Below are positions 23,865 through 36,290 of a stretch of DNA of 64,000 nt, piece by piece. The notes beneath the pieces were generated by a model. That model ran no database searches. It was given only the letters and a program-made list of their open reading frames with translations, and was not told where the DNA came from. Each line of letters begins with the position of its first letter. Positions within the stretch are counted from its first letter, which is position 1. Origin of the DNA: Bugula neritina (taxonomy: Eukaryota; Animalia; Bryozoa); NCBI GenBank assembly GCA_964035545.1, contig OZ037769.1, forward strand, positions 11,376,633 through 11,440,632. Direction: 5' to 3'. The position numbers and the translations under genes were made by a program.

Positions 23865-26800
23865 ATGAAGCCTCTCACTGTGATAGTTGTGGTATGTATT
23901 TTGGCTGGGTGCAATGGAGTTTTGCGGAAAAATTTGTTTGACAGACATGGACCTCTTGGAGTTGTTGGGGAAGGTGACCCAGGTGACCCGCTTTATCTCA
24001 CTCCTCTCATCAAGGCTGGAAAGTTAGATGAAGCTAAGGCTCAAAGCAAAGTGGGGCCACTTCCAAACATCAGCCTTACGAGTTACGCCGGTTATCTGAC
24101 TGTCAATGAATCTTGCGACAGTAATATGTTCTTTTGGTTTTTCCCTGCCGAGTCAGGAGACCCCAACGCCCCTGTCCTTCTCTGGTTGCAAGGCGGTCCT
24201 GGTGGTACATCTATGTTTGGACTCTTTGTTGAAAATGGCCCTTTTTATTTAGATGACAACCTAATGCTCAACAGACGAGCTTATGCCTGGACCAAAAGCT
24301 ACTCTGTACTCTACATTGACAATCCGGTCGGAACTGGTTTCAGTTTTACTGGAAAGGATGAATGTTATGCTGCGAATGAAGATGATGTTGCTAGAGACCT
24401 ATATAGCGCTCTAAATCAGTTTTTCCAGGTGTTTCATGAGCACCAACCCAATGATTTCTATGCTACCGGAGAATCATATGCAGGAAAATATGTTCCTGCT
24501 ATCTCATTGAAAATTCACCAAGAAAATCAACAATTTCCAAATTTAAAGATAAATTTGAAAGGAATGATCATCGGTGATGGTCTGTGTGACCCGGAAAGCA
24601 TGTTTCCTGCTTACGCTCCTTTCATGTACAATATTGGCCTTCTCGATGAAAACCAGCAGAAATACTTTGCAACTTGGTCGGAAATTGCTGTCGGCTACAT
24701 TAAGTCCAAGAATTTTAAGGCTGCATTTACTGTTTTTGATAGACTTCTAAATGGTGACCTAACAGGCTATAAGGCTTGGTTCTACAACCAGACAGGTCTT
24801 GATTTCTACTACAATTACTTGTTGGCTGAGGCACCCAAAGAGTTTGATTACTATAACAAGTTTCTTCCACAAGTCGACATTCGAAAAAGCATTCATGTTG
24901 GTAACAAAACTTTCAACGATGGATCTAAGGTAATATTTTGAATTGATAGAACACTGTATGCTATTTGTAACCAATCACAAAACCTTTGGTTCATTATTAT
25001 TAAACAGTTTGTGACTTCTTGTTCAATTTGTTATATACATTGTAAGCTAGGAAACTTTGATGTAAGAATGCATAGCTGCTAGACAAGATTTTTTGCGTTG
25101 TTCGCAATTAGTGTGTTTATTAAGGAGCTTTGATTTTCTTCATTTTGAATCTCGTTTTTAGTGCTCATCAGTTTCTGTTAAATTGAACATATATTTAAAA
25201 TTGATTATAGCAGAAAAAATTGAGATCGTTTTGCCTTATTGGTACTCCTTTTAGTTCAACAGTGATAAAACATACAAACCATGTTAATAGTAACTATATA
25301 ATCTAGTAAATAATTACATAGTTTTCCTTTCATGCCCAGAATGGAAAGATATGAGACAGTCCAATTTTCTTGTGACGGGTATTATTTTATAGTTACTTTA
25401 TACTCTTTGTGAAAATTCTTTAGCCATACAAATACGATAAACTTCAACAGTCTATTGTTTAAATAATAGATAGCTGAAAGCATATTTCTTTAATTTAAAA
25501 TTGCGGGTTTCCCTGACTTATCAAAAATTCCATTTAAAAATTACTTGAGTTTTTTTAGCAGTTGGTAACTTGGCCTGACTAATGTGTCATATGACCAGGT
25601 TGACGCCCCTTTTTCTTATCAGCAAAAACAATGTTGTTCTGATATTATTCGAATGCTTAGTCAAATCACGCCAACTTGATTATTCTCCCAAACAAACTTT
25701 TGATATTGCCTCACTTGAGGGCCCTTCAAGGTGAATAAAATAACTACTAATAATTTTTTACATGACATCATGAGTTTTTTGCTTTAATACTTTCTCTAAT
25801 TAGGTTGAGATGATGATTATGAATGATGTTATGGATACAGTCAAGCCTAGAGTTGCTCAGATATTAGACAATGGCTACAAGGTTCTCATGTACAGCGGCA
25901 TGTTGGACATTATTGTGGCATTACCATTGACTGAGGCCTTTCTGAATACCGTCCCTTGGCAAGGATTAGATGGGTGAGACTTAGTTTGTGAATTATTTTT
26001 ATCCAAGTAACTTGTTATAAGGCTATATTGACTAAATTCTGCCTCTTATAAACTTAAAGAGAATGGTTCTATTTTTTTTGAAATATGACAAATGATTGTA
26101 ACCTAATAAAGCAATTTGCTTGCAGAATGAAAATAATTTATGTATAATAGGTGACTACATTCTCAACCAATTTCATTTCCTAAAATTTGCAAAATTAACT
26201 TTTTAATTGAACATTTCTTTTAATATGATTGCCCCTGCTTTATAGTTATAGGTTTTCAGTCTCATAAACTACTATGCTCATTTTCAATTATACGCATATG
26301 TTGTGATTAATGCTTTTGTTTTTATAAAATAAGATTTCATAAAAATATTTTTAAGAATTCAAATCTGTAAACAGATAATTGAAAAAATATTCTTGAAGTT
26401 ATGTAATAAGTATGAGAAACTTCAGCCTAAAGTCTATTTTTATAAATATTAGCACTCGGACTTTTGACTAGTATATAGGTATAATTGTATGATGTTGGAG
26501 TTGGTACAAATCAGATTCACTGAGTATTGTATAGTCTACATTAAACATGATAATCTTCACACTGCTATTTTCTCTTCTGACTGAGCCAGTTTCATGTAGT
26601 GTTGTACCAGCCATTAATTTTAGTTTGATTTATATTGCATATCATTTTACTCACTAGTATATATAATATTTTGTCGATAGTTCTGTATTAATTATTGTTG
26701 ATTTTATGCATATGTTTATCACTCTATTTGGTTAGTATTGGTATGGTGAATGATTTAATTGAGAAAAGTAGTTACAACTTGCAAAGATATGATAAATTAT

Positions 26801-27288
26801 GCTTTTTAATTTGTTTAATACTAATTATATTACTTTTGTTTAGCAGTCAACCCATCACTAACATCATGCACATGATCTGTTAACTATTGTGTTTAAAAAT
26901 ACAATGCAAGTTTTTAGCATTTGAAATTCTGCTGAAGAATTTTCATTGTACAATTTCAACTCTTCACTGTTATAACTATTAAATCATTTATTTTTGGGAG
27001 TTGTATCTCCTTTACTGCTTTATTCAACTTGAGTTGAATTTAGTATTTACATGAATGGGAGGCTTAAGATTTGTATCAACCAATAAACTGTGCTTTTGCA
27101 GGTATAAGAATGCAACGAGACAGATATGGAAAATGGAAGATACAGATGTTGATGTGGCAGGTTATGTTAGGATATATAAGAACCTTGTACAGATTGGAGT
27201 ACGGGGTGGTGGCCATATCCTCCCATATGACCAACCTGCCAGAGCTTTTAGATTAGTTGATGTGTTTATAAGTCAATTCAATCCTTAG
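23865..27288 (+). CDS. CPVL: Serine carboxypeptidase CPVL (S10 family), about 473 aa, 3 coding exons
   Basis: Exons 23865-24929, 25804-25973, 27102-27288. Signal peptide MKPLTVIVVVCILAGCNG; DPLYLTPLI; LWLQGGPG; YIDNPVGTGFS. Catalytic triad GESYAG (Ser), GMLDII (Asp), GGGHILPYDQP (His). Confidence 0.95.
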
Positions 27289-28736
27289 ACGTGAAGGATT
27301 ATTATAAATCCTATCTTAAAATTGACCATTCATCATATACTTAGTGTTTTGTAATTTTATAATAATTTTTTACAATAGCATTTCATTGCTGGATTCCAAA
27401 TATTATATTATTACTGGTAGAGCTTTTTATCTTGTAACAGAACTGTACAACAAAGCCCTAAATCAATCAAAAATTATAATGATCATCCTGTATTTATTTG
27501 GCAAAATAAAATGTGTAATTAATATATCAATAATTAATATATATTCAATATAATATAATTTCTGCAATAAAGAAGGAATTTTGCTGGTATCTCGATAAAC
27601 TATTTTACTAATAGATCTTTAAGAATTAAGAAATATATTGCATGTTTGAACTTGTAAACTCAAATACATGGTTATGCTGGTCCCAAAGCTTGAATATTGA
27701 GTGTCATGGGCTAATCCTGTCATAAGAGCTATACCTAGTATCCATCAGCACAAGCACACATCTACCTATTATCTACATAGTTCACTTGAAGTTGACTGAA
27801 GTAGGATGAAGGTGATAACTGTGATATACTAAGAGCTTACTTTTCTAGCTATACATGACTTCAAATTTAATTTATGTAAATATAATAGAGTAACAATATG
27901 CTCATTCACTGCAACTACTACAGTCTCTTGCCATAAATTTTAAATGATATTGCTTAGTTTACTCAGCCATACGAAACAGTGAGCTATTATTGGGACAATA
28001 ACTCCTGGCTGTCCTTCATAAATTCATAAAGTACGGATATTCAAGCAGTATAGACGATGACCCCACAGCAAACTAAATGGAATTTATCTACACATACCTG
28101 CATTTTAGAAAGGCATTAATTTAATTTGCAATACGTGGTCAGAGCTAGCCTATATGGCCATATTTCTTCGAATCCATTGAATTATAGCTGTAATTACTCA
28201 TAAAATCAAAGTTTGATGTCAATAATTTATCATCTGTAGACAGTAATGTATGCAAGAATGAAATTTCAGCTCAGTCTTATGTGTATTATAGTGGTCCTAT
28301 TTGAGAGTTGATACAGTTATGGCTGTTGGAGCAAGAAGAAAAGGCACCATGTGCTCCTCTTTATGATTAGCCTACAGAGTTACAACCTGTTTTGCTATGA
28401 ATTGATGTCAAACTAAATATTGTTGAACAGTTAAATGAATTGGCACAACATAAATAGTTTGATGTTATCCTACTGGCACTGCTTATTTTATTTACCAACA
28501 CAGAACATCTTGAGTTTTACAAAATACGAATAAACAGGCACAAATGAAGGTAATAAAGTTTTGTTCTTGATAAAAATACAAAGGGACAAAAACTAGCTGA
28601 CAGTATAAAAGTCAACATTAGAATATTTAATGCTAGGTTAAATTTCCATCTAAATGAGTTGAAGACATTTCATGATTTAAACAAAATACACATCATAATA
28701 TATATACATGTATACGTTCGGCTGACGAACTATGTA

Positions 28737-30880
28737 TTAATGTGATTTTAAATGCTTCTTCTTTGGAGCAGCACTTTTAGCTGGAGCTGGCTGTGTGGTC
28801 TGAGAGTAAGACCCACTGCATACCACTGTGAGGAGAATAAGCAGAGGCATGACCAGGAATGGAGCATACACGGCTATCAGCTTCCGTCTCTCCTCCTCTG
28901 TCACTGGACCAACTCTCTTCATTTTAGCAAAGTCATCAACAGCAAACGAGTAGAGGATGGGAAGCAGTGTTGTCGCAACATGAGCGCTGTAGATAATCAA
29001 TGGAGTCCTAATCCACTTTCTGCTTCCTGTCAACAAAAAATTTCAACATATTAATTCAAACAGCTATTGCTTTACATAATGTATTATGCAATCTTCATCA
29101 GATCTAGTTGTTACTCACGAGATATTGACTCATGAAAATGAATTAATCTGAGCAGCAAAGCCACATGACATAAGGGGCTATCTAATCTTAAAGCTGCACA
29201 TAGGTTAATGTTAATTACCCAGCAACATGGCAATAGAAGCCACAATGGAGAAGGGCATCTGCACAAAGATCTCTGAAAACACTAGTGCTTTGTACCAGCT
29301 TGGAGGATTCAGAAAGTAGGGGTCTTTGAATTGAGCCACATACTGCTTCCCCAATTCCACAACCTGAATAAAACAGTCATAATTATTAGCTAATAGTGGT
29401 TTCAAAAAATATGATTTTGAAATTTTGTAAAATAAAAAAGCTACATGAATTCAAAGTCAAGGGTAAGAATACATGGAAGGTGTTGATAAAAAATTTATTA
29501 CACTTTAGCCGGCTTGAGTTTGTTAACTAAAAGCTCTAGTGTGTTTTTAATTGATAGGTTGATGCAAAAAATAAATTGTCCTTGGGAACTTCAAAATATC
29601 ACCTGGTAAGGGAGAAGGGTATATATTAAGAAAATATTTTAAAAACATTAAATCTCGTACCTTAACTCGTGTAAATGCAGAATAAACCAAGAGAAATAAG
29701 AGCTTTTTAAAAAGGTAATATTACAAACTTGCAATTTACTTTTAGTTGGTAGCTTATTTATGTTTAACATCATGTTCAAATTGGAAAAACTATGCTAATT
29801 TACTAACCATTAATCAACAAGAATTAAAATTAAAGCGGCTGAGTATTAGTATCTCAGGAGCTTGCTCAGACTGTCATTATTTTGTCAAACTAGATATTCA
29901 AATTTTATTTAAAGCTTAAGTTTCCAGGCAGTTTACATGTTACAAAACTAATAGTTATCAAAAATTAGGCACAAATTCAATTGACTAAGGACTAGCTGAC
30001 TCTTGCACTTGAAAGTATTAGCTAGAGTAGAATTTCTCAACCAAGTTTATTACTAATAGAAGTTAGAACATAATTAATTTATCAACTCAAAAACTATGAC
30101 TGACTAGCCCCAAGCTTTGGAGATTTAGCAGGTTGTACATAAACTAATATAATTATATACTTTTACCCGAGCTGCTAAATTTAGGAAGTATCAATCAACT
30201 TAAATGTTTTGTTAAATGCACGAGAAACCAAATGTTTACAATAAATATAGCCGTAGAATTTCAAATTAAATTTGAATCAAGTCAAATAAACACACTCAAT
30301 GACAATCTATGAAACATAGAACTTAGAAGTCATAGTTGCATTCAACTTTAAGGTTAGAAGATCAAAGCCGACTCAAATTATTGCAATAACTATAACATTA
30401 ACTGCAACTATTACTATATTATTAGGTAAAACTTATAAGTTATAACTATAAGCAAATGATTATAATTATAAATAATTAAAATTAATCATTTATTAATTAA
30501 ATATGAACAATATCAATATGAATATTAATGAGTCGACCAATTAGGTTCAACAACTAGTGAACTACAAATACAAGTAGTACCTGTACTAGTAGTACAACTA
30601 TTGACATTGTATATGTATAAATATAACCTTACAGTTATAAATTAAAACTAAATTTATGTTTACGGTTTATATTTATAGAACTAACAGTAACTATAAAGTA
30701 AAAGTGGGTCTTGGAGTTGAAGTAAAACTAATTATAACTCACCGGCTCAGGGTAAAGCGATTCACTTATGTCCAAAGGCAAATCAGCAGCAATAGCTTGG
30801 GAATCGAATAAGAGAGCAATAGGTACACTTATTAGAAAATAAAGAAAAAAAATCATCTCCATCAAACGTAGCAAACCCAT
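28737..30880 (-). CDS. TMEM97: Sigma-2 receptor / TMEM97 (EXPERA domain), about 190 aa, 3 exons
   Basis: Exons 30743-30880, 29219-29363, 28737-29026. MGLLRLMEMIFFLYFLISVPIALLFDSQA...LYPEP / ...YVAQFKDPYFLNPPSWYKALVFSEIFVQMPF / ...WIRTPLIIYSAHVATTLLPIL...LIAVYAPFLVMP, with a lysine-rich C-terminus. Confidence 0.92.
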
Positions 30881-31039
30881 TTTATGAATATTACAAATGA
30901 AAACCTAGCTGAAACTAAGAAACTAAACGTTAAAATGAGAAATGTTGATATTAAATATTGCAAACTGCTCGTTTAGTTGGCACAGGAAGCATTGGCCAGG
31001 AAACGGGGCACGCCTCTTGACACATGCCACAATGGTTTG

Positions 31040-31079
31040 ATTGGTCAAAACACACAAGTTTCGCGCGTGTCCCGCTAAA
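31040..31079 (-). promoter_or_regulatory. TMEM97 proximal promoter with a CCAAT box and two E2F-like sites
   Basis: ATTGG at 31040-31044, TTTCGCGC at 31059-31066, TCCCGCTAAA (reverse TTTAGCGGGA) at 31070-31079; 160-200 nt upstream of the ATG. Confidence 0.45.
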
Positions 31080-34000
31080 AAACTTACAAGTTCTATTTCA
31101 GCGCTAATGTACCGTTACATTATGATCGTCCATTGCTGAGCTAAATAGGCATTGTTTTTGTATTAAATAAAAGTGTCGTTCTCCTAATGTTTTCAATTTA
31201 TTACGTTATCAATAAATTTTGACTATCTAAATTCTAAGCAAATGCTAGCTAGGAAGTTATCTGCCCAATAAGTGAATATGTATATTGCTCATAAAGTCTT
31301 AAACTTTCCAACACCATCAGCATGGTTATGAGCAAACACTGGGTGCATTGGGGGGAAAACGCAACCAAAAAATGCTCTAGTAGGATGGGCAGAATCTGTT
31401 GATGTTTCTATTGCAGCAAAGCCAGTTCAAGTCTTCTTGCTTGGTTGTATCGATTGAATTTAATTATCAATGATAGAGATTCTGAAGTGATGTAGAGATA
31501 TCATAAAATTATTTTATAAAGAAAATTCATGTGAATTTCACTGCTTTAGTATTAAACTAGATCAAGATAGTTAGCCAATATATTACGCACATGGCCAGAT
31601 TTCTTAGGGCCTTTTATTGAGCTAGTCTAAAATGATAAAGAACTAGATTAACCAACATAATCGTGTTAGGTGGCATGATTATACTTCACTTAATTCTAAC
31701 TAAGAACATTTAACAGACATGTTCAATAGATCAAAACACTTTCCACAAAAGCTGGACTCCGAAGAGCCATAACTTCCTAGGAAAGGGTAGTGACCTTTCG
31801 TCCAATACCAGGACTCATCAGTTGAACTGGTCAGCTACAAAGTAGGACAAGAGTGGGCCTATTGAAAGGGAGTCACGTGACATCAAGCCAAGCGTGTTGA
31901 TGGAGTCACATGACAATCCAAGTGTTGTGAAGGGGTCACTTAGCAGTTTGTTGAAAGAGAGTGATTAGTCAGTAAGACTTGTATTGGTGACATTCATCAG
32001 TCCACATTGAAGCACCTTGTCAGTCAAAGTTGGGAAATTAGCAAAGAACAATCTACTTGCAGTCAGCTGATGATCATAATGTGCAATAATCCTTGGTCAT
32101 GTTTGTGATCAAAAACTGGAAAATTACCAGCAGAAAATTGTATGGTGCAATAGCTTGATGATGAGGATAAAAGAAACAAAGGCCATCATAATTATATCCT
32201 ATTACTGAGGAGGTTTCACTGCATTACGCCACCATGATCATACTTATAATATTCTATTACCGCGCAGGTTTCACTGTATACAGATTTTAGTGAATAGGAA
32301 GCCTGTGTATGCCAAATGCAGATGGCATCTATATATAATATTTTAATAATTATAATTTACAAAATGTTATTCAGTAAGGAAACTGCCCAACATCAAAACT
32401 GTAGAGCTAAGAATATGCATATTATATCTGAATTGATAAAATAGAGCTAAACTGTCACCACTTTCGTCCTTGTGGGTAATCCTCAGCTGTGAATGCAACC
32501 AAATCCAAGTTTGCTCAGAAACATCACTTGACTGTAACATTAAATTACTTCACATAGAAAACAAAATCTGACCGCAAGTGTAGTCATCAGTTACTTAAAT
32601 GACACCATACAGGATAAAGAACCACTTATTATCAATCCAGTGATAGGAGTAACTAGTAGATAAAAGTATTTATCTCACTACAACCAGTTTAGTTTATAAA
32701 TATGCCATGACGTACAAATCAAATGTCACACACCCCTTACTCATACTTGTATTGCATGTAGTTCTAACAAGTCACTTTGACAACTCCTGAACAATAGCAA
32801 TACCTTTCTAATAATGTCCTATTCATTAAAAGTAACTTGTGCATGGCTTTTAGCTTGTCCCCTCTCACCTGTTTTATTTATAATAATATGCACATTGTTA
32901 GTTGCTAACGATACCTATTGTATAAGGCATTTTATGTTTTCAGTCAAGAGTAAAACAATACACCAGTTGTAGCTGCAGTGAGATGTATTGAGCAAGCACT
33001 GCACAATAGGGCGTTGCTATGCCACGTAGCCACGCAGCATAGCTAGCTGTTATTGGTTGTTATGAATGCATTATCGTGGGAGATTATATATTATTAGCAT
33101 GACTATAAGCAGTAGCTATAGACCAAGAAAGATTATTGAATAGGTAAGCTGACAGATGGCAGAGCAATAGTTCAATGGCCCAGGTTTTTTGGTAGAGACT
33201 ATGCCTACAACCTGCAAATAGGTTTCAGTACAGTACAAGTTTTGGTATGGAGCATGACATACATACACAAAGCTGCCATTAAAATAAACCTTCGAAATCC
33301 ATAATCTAGAAACAAGCTCCTGTCAGTGACATTGAACAGTTAGCTACTCAAATTGATAGCAAACTAGAGCACACAATAAATGAAAACTTGATGACTACGC
33401 ACAAGTATACACCAGCTTCCCTGCCACACATATGGAAACACTTGGAAGAACATTAGACAATGCGTGGATTTGCATTGTACTAAAGTAATGCCATGTACAA
33501 GTATTAGTTAGACAAACCAGCACACTGTAGCAGCAGTTTGCCCGTCTGCTGGGTGAGATGTGCAGAAATAGCATGAGCTACCACAATCTCAGGACTTGAG
33601 TTGATAATGGCAGCCGGAGCAGCCTTGAGCCATCAGACACCAAGCAGTGTTGATTCGTGCTTTCAGCTGAAATAAAACTTGAATCAATAGAAGTGCTCTA
33701 ATTTAGGAAGAAACATTGGAGTATTGGGTTATAATATAAAACATAAATCTTTATTTTTAAACAATTTCATAACTAGTTTAATTTACTGTACTAAGAAATT
33801 TATACATTAATAGAACTAACAATGTTGTGAGTTAGTTCAAACCTTGAGAGACTGAAAAAGTAAAGACATTAATGATATAATACATGGGTGCACATCAATG
33901 TAGCAAAAGAGTGCTCCAACAATAAGCTTAATTAATAACTTTTCTATCTAAAAATGATGGCATGATGCTGAGCGTCAAAATCATTACCATTATAAACAAT

Positions 34001-34327
34001 CCACATTCCTCCATACAGTATTTTCAGCTGGCTGAGAGGCTGAGGTAAGCTCAGTTGCCCACTGTCATCGAACACAGCTAGGGTTGTGGTGGTTAGTCTG
34101 CAAACAACATCTTGGAACATAATTTTACAAAAATAAACATATACAATGATCATTTGCAACTGATTCTGATACAAAATAATTTGCTATCTGCAGTAATATG
34201 CTTACAGGTGATATTTGCAGTTGGCAATTCAGTATCTGCAGCACCATGTACTTTGTGAAGCTAAGACAGGCTGTCTTGTTTCCAATCAGTGCTGGGAGAA
34301 GAAAGTCATAGCAGTAATAAAAAATAT

Positions 34328-35161
34328 TTAAACGTGACACTCATTATTGTTCAAAAGATTTTGCACCATATTCAAAAGCTCCTCTTTCGATTTATCTGCC
34401 AGCACTAATAATCGATGTGAATCAAAATCATTTTCAAACTGATTTAGCAAAAACGCATTGCGGTCCACATCTAAAGAGTTACAGTCCATAAGATCAAAGT
34501 CTCCCATAGTTGAATGTGCTTTTTCCTGAAGTTTAGTTGCACTTGAGTGGTCACCTATGATAAACTGAGTATAGTTTTCAGGAGCATAACAAATGCTACG
34601 AACACAAGATTTAGGAAGCCTTCTTTTGACATAATTACATTTGTTTGGGGGAAATGGTTTTGTAGTATCCCTATTACAACTTGAAGATTTGAATCGTGGC
34701 AAATGTTCAACACTCAAAGGTTTTTGAGGACAAGTGTCAGAATCCACAACTTTTAAAGACAATCGCTTCTTACTTCCTCTACGATGTTTTTTGCATTGCA
34801 CTTTTCCAAAATTTGGTTTTTCAGAACCCGAAGTTACTGCTGGGGAGGAGCTGTCTTGCCTACTCAAATTTAAAAACTCTTCTTCAAATTGCTTTTGCAA
34901 ATGTGTTACAAAATCATGTTCAGCTTCAGAAAAGTGTGGATTGTGTTCTTGAGAGACAGTACTTGAAGTTTCTGTTGTGCAGTATCTGGCCATTTGATCG
35001 TCAATAATGAACTGAGTATAATTTTCAGGAGCTTTGGGACTATATTGAAAATTGTCGTAAAAGTTGGGAGTAACAATATTATTTGAATTGTTACTGACTG
35101 TTGGAGAAAGTCTGGTTGAGATATTTTCGATAAGTGTAGATGCAATGTGATCTGCTGCCAT
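34328..35161 (-). CDS. HEXIM-like protein (divergent, internally duplicated), 277 aa, single coding exon
   Basis: KKHRRGSKKR resembles the HEXIM1 basic region KKKHRRRPSKKKR. APENYTQFII(D/G)D occurs twice and resembles APYNTTQFLMDDH. FLLNQFENDFDSHRLLVLADKSKEELLNMVQNL resembles FLQRDFSETYERYHTESLQNMSKQELIKEYLEL. A probable 5' UTR intron spans about 35371-36297. Confidence 0.75.
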   Translation of the reverse strand: MAADHIASTLIENISTRLSPTVSNNSNNIVTPNFYDNFQYSPKAPENYTQFIIDDQMARYCTTETSSTVSQEHNPHFSEAEHDFVTHLQKQFEEEFLNLSRQDSSSPAVTSGSEKPNFGKVQCKKHRRGSKKRLSLKVVDSDTCPQKPLSVEHLPRFKSSSCNRDTTKPFPPNKCNYVKRRLPKSCVRSICYAPENYTQFIIGDHSSATKLQEKAHSTMGDFDLMDCNSLDVDRNAFLLNQFENDFDSHRLLVLADKSKEELLNMVQNLLNNNECHV

Positions 35162-35559
35162 ATTGACAATGAAAAAAAACTTAATACTACAGGCAAGTGA
35201 CTAAATTTAGAATTTTGCCAAGTGACACTTTTGAAGTCGGTTATGTAAGCAGGTGTAACTTGAATGATTTCTTATTGGTGATGTAAGTATAACAAATATT
35301 TCACCGGGCTTCTTTTTCGTAGACTATAACTGTTCTACTTGAAATATTTTTTTTCCTTCAAAGTTCCACTCTAAAATTGAAAAAATAATTATTACTATAT
35401 TAATATAGTAAACCCTAGTATAACACCAACTCCAGCTTTAAAAAAAAAGATTACAAGCATATCAGAATTGAGAATTCTAAGAATATATTGCTATGGTGAT
35501 ATTAGAGAACAGAATTAGATAGCCTAAATTTCAAACGTAAACCCAATTCCTTTAATTTG

Positions 35560-36290
35560 ACATCTACTGAGTACTGATAGACAATGGAATTCAATGGTGA
35601 TACTGATGTAGAGTTTCGGATGTTAATCACCACCATTAATGATTAAATGGTTATAATTATTGATTATCACCACTACGAGTATGACCAACAGCAACAATAG
35701 CACTATAACAGTGACTAATACTAATTGACAGTAATAGTCACTATGACTATGAGTATGACTATAAGTATAAGTATAACTATTACATTTACTGTCAATTACT
35801 GAATTAGTATTACTATTACAGCATTACTATTAATAATTTTATAAATTGGAATATTTAATTTTACAATTTACATTAAAAATAAATTAATTATCAATACTAC
35901 AACAGTATGAGTATAACTATATTTATAACTATAAGTATAAGCCATAAGAATAACTTATCATAAGTATATCAATATGAATATAAATAAGTATTACTATTAG
36001 TATGAAATTTTGAATTAACAAGCCTACAAGGTCTCCTTTGGACTCAGTGTCAGTCAGTGTGACTGTGACTGTGAGTGTCACACTCACAGAGTCACATTCA
36101 CTGTCACTCACGCTGTCTCTGTCACTGTCAGGGTAAGCCACTCACTCAGTGAGAGTGAGTGTAACTGTAAGTGTAAGAGTAAGACTAACTCTAAGAGTAA
36201 TACTAATACTAATAGTAATACTAGTAGTAATACTAATACTAATACTAATAGTAATAGTAACTGTAAGTCAAGGTGAAAGTGTCAGTCTGA
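35560..36290. repeat. Degenerate hexamer-period tract in the HEXIM-like 5' UTR intron
   Basis: ACTATG ACTATG AGTATG ACTATA AGTATA AGTATA; AGTGTG ACTGTG ACTGTG AGTGTC; ACTAAT ACTAAT AGTAAT. Confidence 0.75.
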
